NCBI GenBank assembly: GCA_046075565.1
Contig: JBJTQJ010000116.1
Coordinates: forward strand, 1 to 15,181
DNA: 15,181 nt
Source: Verrucomicrobiales bacterium
Lineage (GTDB): Bacteria; Verrucomicrobiota; Verrucomicrobiia; Verrucomicrobiales; SLCJ01
Direction: 5' to 3'
The position numbers and the translations under genes were made by a program. Of this stretch, positions 1 to 7,143 are shown piece after piece. Position 1 is the first letter of the stretch, and each line of letters begins with the position of its first letter. The notes beneath the pieces were generated by a model, which did no database searches, had not been told where the DNA came from, and was given only the letters and a program-made list of their open reading frames with translations.

Positions 1-618
1 CATGAGCCGCATGCGCAGATCCGGCGTGGGCAAACCGGCCCAGCCCTCGAGATCGGCGCATCCATCGGCCACGAGGGCAGCCGTGGCGGCGAGTCCTTTG
101 GCGCGGTATCCAAGCGCACAGCGCCTGAGGGCGGATTCCCCTGCGCGGGCGAGGGCCGCCGCTTCGGGATAGGAAAAAATCTCTTGGCCATCCGGTCCCT
201 CCCCCACTCTCTCGCCATATTTTTCACGCAACGTCAGGGAAATGGCTCGGATGTGGGCGATCTGCTTGAGCGGCGAGGTGATGAAACTGGCCAGACATTC
301 CCAACGCGGCTGCCGGAGGATGCGCAAACCCGGCGCGAAAGCGACTGCCTTTCGCAGGGCCGCGCCTTTTTTCGACAAAGCCGCTCCGATGGCCCCCATG
401 TCGTGGTCGAGGGCTAGGAAATGGCGGACCTTTTCCTCTGCGCCCCTTGTGCAGAGCACCGAGTCCCCCACCTGCCGAATCCAAATCGGCTCCTCGCCAA
501 GGGCACCCCACCAGACGCCGCCATGGTTGGTCCAGTGGAAAACCTGCCCGCTCCCTAGGGTGGCGGCGAGATCAAAGGCCCCAGCCGCCAACTCGCCAGG
601 GTTGCGATCAGCGCACAA
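1..618 (-). CDS. 8-oxoguanine DNA glycosylase (OGG1/bacterial Ogg-type, HhH-GPD superfamily), 3'-truncated by the window edge
   Basis: Hand translation of the minus-strand frame is open to base 1: ...FDLAATLGSGQVFHW...VRHFLALDHD...APGLRILRQPRWECLASFITSPLKQIAHIRAISLTLREKYGE...IFSYPEAAALARAGESALRRCALGYRAK... These match OGG_N (L-x-x-T-L-x-x-G-Q-x-F-x-W), GLRILRQ-x-x-WE-x-L-x-SFI and (G)LGYRAK motifs. Start uncertain: TTG at 618, TTG at 591 or ATG at 657 (overlapping rex). Confidence 0.9.
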   Translation of the reverse strand, partial: MCADRNPGELAAGAFDLAATLGSGQVFHWTNHGGVWWGALGEEPIWIRQVGDSVLCTRGAEEKVRHFLALDHDMGAIGAALSKKGAALRKAVAFAPGLRILRQPRWECLASFITSPLKQIAHIRAISLTLREKYGERVGEGPDGQEIFSYPEAAALARAGESALRRCALGYRAKGLAATAALVADGCADLEGWAGLPTPDLRMRLM

Positions 619-1231
619 AGTAGCTGAGGTTTTCGAGTTCAACGGCCAAGTCCACATTGTTGACCATCACATCCTCGGGCACTTCGAGAATGAGCGGGGA
701 GAAGTTCAGGATGGCCTGGATGCCGGCCTCTACCATTTGATTGACGACCTCCTGCGCCACCGAGGCGGGAACGGCGAGAATGGCCATCTTTACGCCATGG
801 GAAGTGAGAAAATCAACCAATTCCTGCCTTGGCAACACGGGCACGGGACTGTTCCGCACCTTTTCCGGTGCGATGTCGAAAGCGGCCACGATCTCGAAAC
901 CCTCTTTGTTGAACCCTTGGTATCGCAGCAGCGCCGAACCGAGATTTCCTACGCCCACCAACACGACCGGTTGCAGGCGGGTGCGCCCGAGCACCTCGCG
1001 GATCGAGCCCATCAAACCGGGCACATCATATCCGAGCCCGCGGGTGCCGAACTGCCCGAAGTAGGTCAGGTCCTTCCGGAGCTGCGTCGGCTTCACCCCC
1101 GCTGCCTTGGCCAAGGCCTGCGACGAGACCGTCTCGACATCATTGTCGAGCAGCCGCTGCAAGCAGCGCTGGTAAATCGAAAGACGGTAGACCGTCTTGC
1201 GCGGGATCGATGGGGATTCGGTTTGGCCCAT
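608..1231 (-). CDS. rex: Redox-sensing transcriptional repressor Rex
   Basis: 207 aa. N-terminal winged helix IP..TV.RL..Y.R.L, SS..LA, QLRKDLTYFGQFGTRGLGYDV; Rossmann motif VLVGVGNLGSAL; C-terminal AILNFSP. Confidence 0.97.
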   Translation of the reverse strand: MGQTESPSIPRKTVYRLSIYQRCLQRLLDNDVETVSSQALAKAAGVKPTQLRKDLTYFGQFGTRGLGYDVPGLMGSIREVLGRTRLQPVVLVGVGNLGSALLRYQGFNKEGFEIVAAFDIAPEKVRNSPVPVLPRQELVDFLTSHGVKMAILAVPASVAQEVVNQMVEAGIQAILNFSPLILEVPEDVMVNNVDLAVELENLSYFVR

Positions 1232-1235
1232 ACAA

Positions 1236-1251
1236 TGTGAAAATTCACACA
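1236..1251. promoter_or_regulatory. Putative Rex operator (autoregulatory)
   Basis: TGTGAAAATTCACA(CA) palindrome, 4 bp upstream of the rex ATG. It has the half-sites of the known Rex box TTGTGAA-N4-TTCACAA. Confidence 0.7.
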
Positions 1252-1257
1252 GCGGGG

Positions 1258-1286
1258 ATTATGGAGGAAAATCGGCCTCCGCGCAA
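1258..1286 (-). promoter_or_regulatory. Sigma70-like promoter for rex–ogg
   Basis: Minus strand TTGCGC (1286-1281)-N17-CATAAT (1263-1258). The predicted +1 near 1251 abuts the Rex-like palindrome. Confidence 0.55.
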
Positions 1287-1416
1287 GGGAAAGAGCGGCA
1301 AGCCCTCGGTGGCTCCGGAGTACCCAAATTGAAACCCCTCCAGCCCGTCCATTTTGCCTTGAAATAGCCAATCGCTCTTGCAAAAATGCTTGGGAAACCT
1401 TAAGGATTCTCTTCCC

Positions 1417-3384
1417 ATGACCCCTGAACAGGATGACACCGACCAGCACACGAGCCTCGGCTCGATGTATTCGGACTATTTCCTCGACTATGCCAGCTAC
1501 GTAATCCTCGAACGGGCGGTGCCCCATTTGGCCGATGGACTCAAGCCGGTGCAGCGCCGGATCCTCCATGCCATGTATGAAATGGAGGACGGCCGGTACA
1601 ATAAGGTGGCCAACATCGTCGGCGATACGATGAAATACCATCCGCACGGGGATTCCGCCATCGGGGAGGCCATCGTGCAGATTGGGCAGAAGGATTTGAT
1701 GATCGACATGCAGGGAAACTGGGGAAATATCCTCACCGGCGACCCGGCCGCCGCCCCGCGATACATCGAGGCCCGCCTGACGAAGTTTGCCCTCGCTATC
1801 GCCTTCAATCCGAAGACCACCGAATGGACACCGAGTTACGATGGCCGCCGCAAGGAACCGGTCACGTTGCCGATGAAGTTCCCGCTCTTGCTTGCCCAGG
1901 GCGTCGAGGGCATCGCCGTCGGCCTGGCTTGCAAGATCCTGCCCCACAATTTCATCGAGATCATCGACGCCTGCATCGCCTCGCTGCGAAACGAATCATT
2001 CACCCTTTTGCCAGACTTCCCCACCGGTGGTATCATGGATGCCTCGGATTACCGCGATGGCATCCGAGGAGGCAAGGTGAGGGTGCGCGCCCGCATCGAT
2101 CTCGAAAAAGACAAACTGCTGCGCGTGCGGGAAATCCCCTTCGGCACGACCACGAGCGCGCTCATGGAGAGCATCGTGGCCGCCAGCGAGAAGGGCAAGA
2201 TCAAGGTCGCGAAGATCGAAGACAACACGGCCGCCGAAGCCGACATCTTCATCCACCTTCCGGCGGGCGCCGACCCGGAAAAAACGCGGGAAGCGCTTTA
2301 TGCCTTCACCGACTGCGAGGTTTCGATTTCCCCAAACAGCGGGGTGATCCTCGATGGGAAGCCACAATTCCTCGGGGCCACCGAGATCCTGAAACGCAAC
2401 GCCGCCCAGACACGCGAGTTGCTCGGTCGCGAACTCGAAATCAAACTCGCCGAGTTGAACGAAGCCTGGCACTTCAGTTCGCTCGAGAAAATCTTCATCG
2501 AGAAGCGCATCTACCGCGACATCGAGGAATGCGAGACCTGGGAAGCGGTGATCACGACCATCGACAAGGGCCTGACACCCTATAAAAAGCTCTTGAAGAG
2601 GGAGGTCACGCGCGACGACATCGTCAAACTTACCGAAATCAAGATCAAGCGTATCTCACGCTACGACGCCCTGCGTGCCGACGAAGAAATCAAAGGCCTG
2701 GAAGGCCAAATCGCGGAAACAGAGAAGAATCTGCGCAACCTCACCCGTTTCACCATCCGTTGGTTCGAGGAATTGAAAAAGAACCACAACAAGGGCCGCG
2801 ACCGCCGGACGGAGATCGCCTCCTTCGATCGTGTCGTCGCTTCCAAAGTGGTGCTCGCCAACGAGACACTTTACCTCAACAACTCCGATGGCTTCGCCGG
2901 ATACGGCTTGAAGAAAGACGAGCCGATGGGCAAATGTTCGACCCTCGATGACATCATCTTCGCGACCCGCGAGGGCGTGCTTACCGTTTCCAAAATCCAG
3001 GAGAAGGCCTTCATCGGGAAGAATCCCGCTTATCTCGCCATCTTCCGCCGCGAAGAGAAGAAGATCTTTTCCATGGTCTATCGCGATGGAAAGGACGGAG
3101 CCATTTTCGCCAAACGCTTCGAGGTAAGCGGGGTCACCCGCGACCGCGGTTACGATCTCACGAAAGGCACGCCGGGCACGCGGATTCTCTATTTCGTCGC
3201 CCACGATACGGAGGAAGAGTCGGCCAACCACCTGGTGCGTGTGCATCTCAAACCCGCCCTGCGACTCCGCAGTCTTGAACGCGATTTACTTTTCGGTGAA
3301 TTGCTCGTCAAAGGACGCTCCGCCAAAGGCCTGCTCATCACCCGCCACGCGGTTGATCGGGTGGTGCGGGCGCCCAAGGCGTGA
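1417..3384 (+). CDS. parC: Type IIA topoisomerase subunit A, most likely topoisomerase IV ParC (Bacteroidota/Chlamydiae/Verrucomicrobia-like short type)
   Basis: FLDYASYVILERAVP..DGLKPVQRRIL, YHPHGD, catalytic AAAPRYIEARL (Tyr codon 1762-1764), LPDFPTGG. No GyrA box seen and the C-terminal domain is short. ATG 1417 preferred over TTG 1378. Confidence 0.85.
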   Translation: MTPEQDDTDQHTSLGSMYSDYFLDYASYVILERAVPHLADGLKPVQRRILHAMYEMEDGRYNKVANIVGDTMKYHPHGDSAIGEAIVQIGQKDLMIDMQGNWGNILTGDPAAAPRYIEARLTKFALAIAFNPKTTEWTPSYDGRRKEPVTLPMKFPLLLAQGVEGIAVGLACKILPHNFIEIIDACIASLRNESFTLLPDFPTGGIMDASDYRDGIRGGKVRVRARIDLEKDKLLRVREIPFGTTTSALMESIVAASEKGKIKVAKIEDNTAAEADIFIHLPAGADPEKTREALYAFTDCEVSISPNSGVILDGKPQFLGATEILKRNAAQTRELLGRELEIKLAELNEAWHFSSLEKIFIEKRIYRDIEECETWEAVITTIDKGLTPYKKLLKREVTRDDIVKLTEIKIKRISRYDALRADEEIKGLEGQIAETEKNLRNLTRFTIRWFEELKKNHNKGRDRRTEIASFDRVVASKVVLANETLYLNNSDGFAGYGLKKDEPMGKCSTLDDIIFATREGVLTVSKIQEKAFIGKNPAYLAIFRREEKKIFSMVYRDGKDGAIFAKRFEVSGVTRDRGYDLTKGTPGTRILYFVAHDTEEESANHLVRVHLKPALRLRSLERDLLFGELLVKGRSAKGLLITRHAVDRVVRAPKA

Positions 3385-3558
3385 GAACCACGGCTTGTGG
3401 CCGTCGTCGGCGAGTGCTTTCCCGTCCCGGGCGATCAATTCTTCACCCCACTTGAAATGAATCGACTTGCTGCAGCGCACTCCCGCGAAATCGCTGTTTT
3501 TTCCCGATTTGCCCAAAAAATCAGATTATGTCATTTATAAGGAGGGCTAGAGTAAGTC

Positions 3559-5460
3559 ATGGCATCCGCATCTACCACACAACCCGCAGACTCGGATGGC
3601 CCACCGCGCGATTCGAAGGAAGCCGTTACCGGTCTCAGGGAAAGGTCGGGCAACAGAAAGAACACGCTGGCGACATGGCTGCTGGCCATCGTGGTTTTCG
3701 CGTCCGGTTGTTACCTTTTCTCCCGGGACCTGAATTTCTCTTGGCATCACCACGCCGATGAAGGAGGAAAAATCCTGCAAATCCAACACGGGGAACGCAA
3801 CTTCAATCATCCCCTGATGATGTTGCATCTGGTGGACGGAGTTTTGGCCCTTGGCGGCAATGTGGACTCGCCCCATGCGGTGGTGATGGCCGGGCGACAT
3901 GTTTCCGTGGTTGCGATGGCATTTGCCTGCGCGCTTTTCACCGCCGCCATCACCATGGTCCGCGGCCCGCTCTGGGGTGTCGTGCTCGGGGTGTTGCTTC
4001 TGGCGCATCCCGAGGTCTTTTCCGTGGCGCGTTTCTTCAAGGAAGATCCGATCATGATGGCCGGGCTGTCGGTCTGTTTGCTCGGTTTGGCTTTGGCCGG
4101 ACCGGAAAACCGCGCCAGTTCATGGCTGGTGCTCGGCCTGGGCCTCGGCCTGACCATTGGCGGAAAATACATCGGCGTGTTGTGGTGGCCATTTTTTCTC
4201 GCCGCATTCGCCGCCCGAATTCCGGAGCGGAAACCACGCCGCCGGGCGCTCCTGAAAACAACCTTGCTCGGTCTGGGAACATTCCTGCTCATCCAACTGC
4301 CCGCCCTCATGCAACCTGGCGCCCTCGCCGATGCTTTGAGTCTGGAGATCACCAAAGCGACCGGGCCCGGCCCCTCCGATGGCGATTCTTCCTCCAGTTT
4401 TCCATTCTACTGGAAAATGATTGACCGCTCTCCCTACCTCTTGCTGGGTGGACTCTCGCTCGCGGGCATCATCATCGCGGCATGGAAAAGCCAATGGTCA
4501 TGGTTCTGGTGCGCGATCTCCTTCTGGGCCTACTTTATCGTATTGGGTTGTGCCACCAAAGAAGCTTCACGTTACCTGCTCGCATGGCACTGCGGCGTCT
4601 GCCTTTCGGCAGTCGCCACCGTATCAATTATCGCGGAACGCATCGGACGCTCGCGCCTGATTGGTGGAGGGCGATGGGCACTTCTGATCGGCTTCATATT
4701 CGCCATCGGCTTCTTGAGAGAAACCGCGACCGAACTCTGGAAGATTCGCGATGGCCTTGTTGAATCTTCCCGGAACCATCGCCATCGGGAAGACTTCTTC
4801 GACTACATCCGTCAGCAACTGCCGCCGGACGCCGTCATTGGCTACGGCTCGCGGGTCGCACTCGTGGATCCGGCCTATCCAGAACAATACCCCGCGACCA
4901 TCGCTTTCCTGCCGCAGCAGGTGCGGTTTCTCCCCAGGCCATGGGAATACAATACCGTCGCCGGACTCCGCTCGGCCGGTTTCACGCACTATGTGACCTC
5001 CGAGGAATTTACCCGGATGGAAAAGGCCACCCAACAGGCAGGAAAACAGGAATTCTTCACGGACTTCCGCGCCCACGCTCGTGTGCTCCACACGTCCGAA
5101 CGCGGCACAAAAAACCTATTCCCTATGCGCCTCACCTTGCACGAACTTCCGGCACCGGAGCAACTTTCCTCTGAGTTGTTTCTGGGAATACCCGACAACG
5201 AAAGCAGGAAATTCGGTGATTCGGCACCGGAGTCAGCCGTCGCCGATGTAACAACGATTACCACGGTATCCGAATCCGACTACGTCGATTACGAGAAAGC
5301 ACATCGCGAAGGCCGAATCAAAGCCCAGACAAAGCGGGATGGTTACATCTACTATGCCATCGAAGTAAGCCGCGATTGCCCTTTCCCGGACGGATCCAGC
5401 GCATGGGTTGAGGTTACGGAACGATTCAAAGCGAAGATACCCCAAGACAAGCCCGAGTAA
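3559..5460 (+). CDS. GT-C fold membrane glycosyltransferase (ArnT/PMT, GT39/GT83-like)
   Basis: Many hydrophobic TM segments; acidic DE motif in the first external loop (HHHADEGGK) followed by FNHP; later ARFFKEDP, GGKY and RYLL motifs; soluble C-terminal region. SD-like AAGGAGG at 3539-3545. Confidence 0.75.
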   Translation: MASASTTQPADSDGPPRDSKEAVTGLRERSGNRKNTLATWLLAIVVFASGCYLFSRDLNFSWHHHADEGGKILQIQHGERNFNHPLMMLHLVDGVLALGGNVDSPHAVVMAGRHVSVVAMAFACALFTAAITMVRGPLWGVVLGVLLLAHPEVFSVARFFKEDPIMMAGLSVCLLGLALAGPENRASSWLVLGLGLGLTIGGKYIGVLWWPFFLAAFAARIPERKPRRRALLKTTLLGLGTFLLIQLPALMQPGALADALSLEITKATGPGPSDGDSSSSFPFYWKMIDRSPYLLLGGLSLAGIIIAAWKSQWSWFWCAISFWAYFIVLGCATKEASRYLLAWHCGVCLSAVATVSIIAERIGRSRLIGGGRWALLIGFIFAIGFLRETATELWKIRDGLVESSRNHRHREDFFDYIRQQLPPDAVIGYGSRVALVDPAYPEQYPATIAFLPQQVRFLPRPWEYNTVAGLRSAGFTHYVTSEEFTRMEKATQQAGKQEFFTDFRAHARVLHTSERGTKNLFPMRLTLHELPAPEQLSSELFLGIPDNESRKFGDSAPESAVADVTTITTVSESDYVDYEKAHREGRIKAQTKRDGYIYYAIEVSRDCPFPDGSSAWVEVTERFKAKIPQDKPE

Positions 5461-5525
5461 CACCCACGCCGGACAAGGCTAGATTTCTCAAGCCCTTATA
5501 GCCGCTCCAATACTCTACGTTCCCG
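5461..5525 (+). repeat. Possible right half of a degenerate attC-like site ending in CTCTAC-GTTC
   Basis: ...CTTATAGCCGCTCCAATACTCTACGTTCCCG; the GTT at 5519-5521 begins 16 bp before the ATG at 5535. Resembles cassette junctions I recall from Verrucomicrobia. No complementary left arm is visible. Confidence 0.35.
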
Positions 5526-5534
5526 AATCAGGAA

Positions 5535-6074
5535 ATGGCATTGATCGAACTCGAAACTCAAATTGATGCGCCGATAGAGCGCGTTTTCGATCTCGCCCGG
5601 AGCATAGACGCCCACATGGCCAGCACCGAAGGTTCGGGCGAGCGGGCCGTCGCCGGGCGCACCAGCGGACTGATCAAAGATGGGGAGACGGTCACTTGGG
5701 AAGCAAAACATTTCGGGGTCAAACAGAGGCTTTCCGTGCGGATTACCAGGTTTGATCGACCACATCTATTCGAAGACGAGATGATCAGCGGCGAATTTTC
5801 CTCGATGCGACACACCCATAGGTTCATCCGGTCAGGTGAGGGAACCCTAATGAAGGATGAGTTTCACTTTACCGCTCCCCTTGGGGTTCTGGGCCGCCTT
5901 GCGGAGTGCCTATTTCTGACCGCCTACATGAGGAAATTCCTGACCAAGAGAGCCGCCGAACTCAAGAGCATGGCAGAGTCCGAGGAGTGGCGAAGCTACT
6001 TGGCAATCAATGAAGAACAGACCGGCACGGGGCAATCAACTCCCCTTCCCGAGCCGAAGCCGGAAGGTCCGTGA
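5535..6074 (+). CDS. SRPBCC (START/Bet v1-like) ligand-binding protein
   Basis: LETQIDAPIERVFDLARSIDAH...GETVTWEAKHFGVKQRL...FDRPHLFEDEMISGEFSSMRHTHRF...TLMKDEFHFTAPLGVLG is the typical SRPBCC pattern. The last ~20 aa look repeat-derived. Confidence 0.9.
   Translation: MALIELETQIDAPIERVFDLARSIDAHMASTEGSGERAVAGRTSGLIKDGETVTWEAKHFGVKQRLSVRITRFDRPHLFEDEMISGEFSSMRHTHRFIRSGEGTLMKDEFHFTAPLGVLGRLAECLFLTAYMRKFLTKRAAELKSMAESEEWRSYLAINEEQTGTGQSTPLPEPKPEGP
6012..6074 (+). repeat. Possible left half of a truncated attC-like repeat read through as a C-terminal tail
   Basis: GAAGAACAGACCGGCACGGGGCAA... encodes EEQTGTGQSTPLPEPKPEGP, similar to the recurrent verrucomicrobial tail EQ(A/D)GTGQPATRPESKSEG (recalled, not searched). 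GAAC core at 6015-6018. Confidence 0.45.
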
Positions 6075-6083
6075 GAATTTCCG

Positions 6084-6114
6084 TGAACTTTTTGCCAGAA
6101 ACAGGCAACGTGTA
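6084..6114 (+). promoter_or_regulatory. Putative ECF-type promoter with embedded TTGCC-N7-GGCAA inverted repeat
   Basis: GAACTT (6085-6090) and CGTGTA (6109-6114) upstream of an ECF gene; spacing is slightly long. TTGCC 6092-6096 / GGCAA 6104-6108. Confidence 0.4.
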
Positions 6115-6152
6115 TGTATGGAGAGTGTGCCCTTGGCCGGGCCGCCTGAACC

Positions 6153-6665
6153 ATGAATACCGCCGAATCCGCGACCGCAGCACCCGACCTCGACCGGTTG
6201 TTCCGGGAGAGCGCGGTTGATTTGGAAAGGTATTTTCTGCGGCGTCATGGAAGCAGCGAGGAAGCCCGCGATCTCGTGCAGGAGGTCTTCCTCCAGCTCG
6301 CGAAGTCACAGGCGCGCCCGCAGGGTTCGGTCCGCGGGTATCTTTTCGGTATCGCGCGGAATTTGAGCGCCGGCTGGTGGAGGAAACATTTCCACCTGCC
6401 CCGTTTGGAATCCATCGAAGACCATCCGGATGCCACGGCCGACGCAAACAGCCCGGCTGATGCACGGCTGGAACAAGCCCGGGAAATTCTCGCGAAGCTT
6501 CCTCCGCGGGATCGGGAAATCCTTGAGTTCCGTCTCGGTCTCGGCCTCAGCTATGCCGAAACGGCCGATGCCCTGGGTATCCCCATCGGGACGGTGCGCT
6601 CGCGGCTGCATCACGCCATCGCTGAACTCCGCGAACGTCTGGCGAAAGAAAATCATCCAACCTGA
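6153..6665 (+). CDS. ECF-family RNA polymerase sigma-70 factor
   Basis: 170 aa. Region 2 EEARDLVQEVFLQL..YLFGIARN; region 4 LPPRDREILEFR..GLSYAETADALGIPIGTVRSRLHHA. Confidence 0.95.
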   Translation: MNTAESATAAPDLDRLFRESAVDLERYFLRRHGSSEEARDLVQEVFLQLAKSQARPQGSVRGYLFGIARNLSAGWWRKHFHLPRLESIEDHPDATADANSPADARLEQAREILAKLPPRDREILEFRLGLGLSYAETADALGIPIGTVRSRLHHAIAELRERLAKENHPT

Positions 6666-6672
6666 CAAAACC

Positions 6673-7143
6673 ATGAATCAACAAACCCTGCGTGCCCTCA
6701 TGCTGGATCGCGAGCTGGGAGAACTGACCCCCGAAGCCGCGCTGCTGCTCAATGCTTATCTCTCGGAGCATCCCGAATGGAAATCCGAATCGCGGGAGAC
6801 GACGGACCTGCTCCGACTTGCTTCGGAATCCACCCGGAGATTCCCGGAACGCGGGCATGCCGCTTCCGCCCCGGCATCATCGTGGAATCGGGCATCAACA
6901 CGTCTCCTTGCCATGGCCGCCGGCGTCGTTCTTTTCGCCGGGCTTGCAATCACCTTCGCCTACCGGGTCGGCCGAGAGCACGCCATCGCCGCCGAACGTC
7001 CGGCGAGCCCGTCGTCCTCACCGCAGCTTGCTTCGACTTCACCCCAGACGGCCCTGCCTTGGGCCCGTTATCAACTCCAACCCACGCATGATGGATACAC
7101 GGTCGTGCCCCTTCTCAACTCCAATCCCATACAAAAGCCATGA
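6673..7143 (+). CDS. Putative single-pass membrane anti-sigma factor
   Basis: ATG 7 bp after the sigma stop, 156 aa. N-terminus resembles an anti-sigma domain (LDRELGELTPEAALLLNAYLSEHPEW) lacking HxxxCxxC; one TM helix (LLAMAAGVVLFAGLAITFAY); short Ser/Pro-rich external tail. Confidence 0.75.
   Translation: MNQQTLRALMLDRELGELTPEAALLLNAYLSEHPEWKSESRETTDLLRLASESTRRFPERGHAASAPASSWNRASTRLLAMAAGVVLFAGLAITFAYRVGREHAIAAERPASPSSSPQLASTSPQTALPWARYQLQPTHDGYTVVPLLNSNPIQKP

Noticed and set aside
242-1240. 332 aa plus-strand ORF
   Set aside because: Antisense shadow of rex and ogg; no recognisable motifs; long antisense ORFs are expected at this GC.
1093-3516. Several long alternative-frame ORFs over parC (e.g. 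1093-1947, 1824-2585, 2656-3246)
   Set aside because: They overlap a well-supported gene and have Arg/Gly-rich or antisense-type composition.
6430-6672. N-terminal extension of the anti-sigma ORF in the track
   Set aside because: Overlaps the sigma gene out of frame; ATG 6673 is the sensible start.
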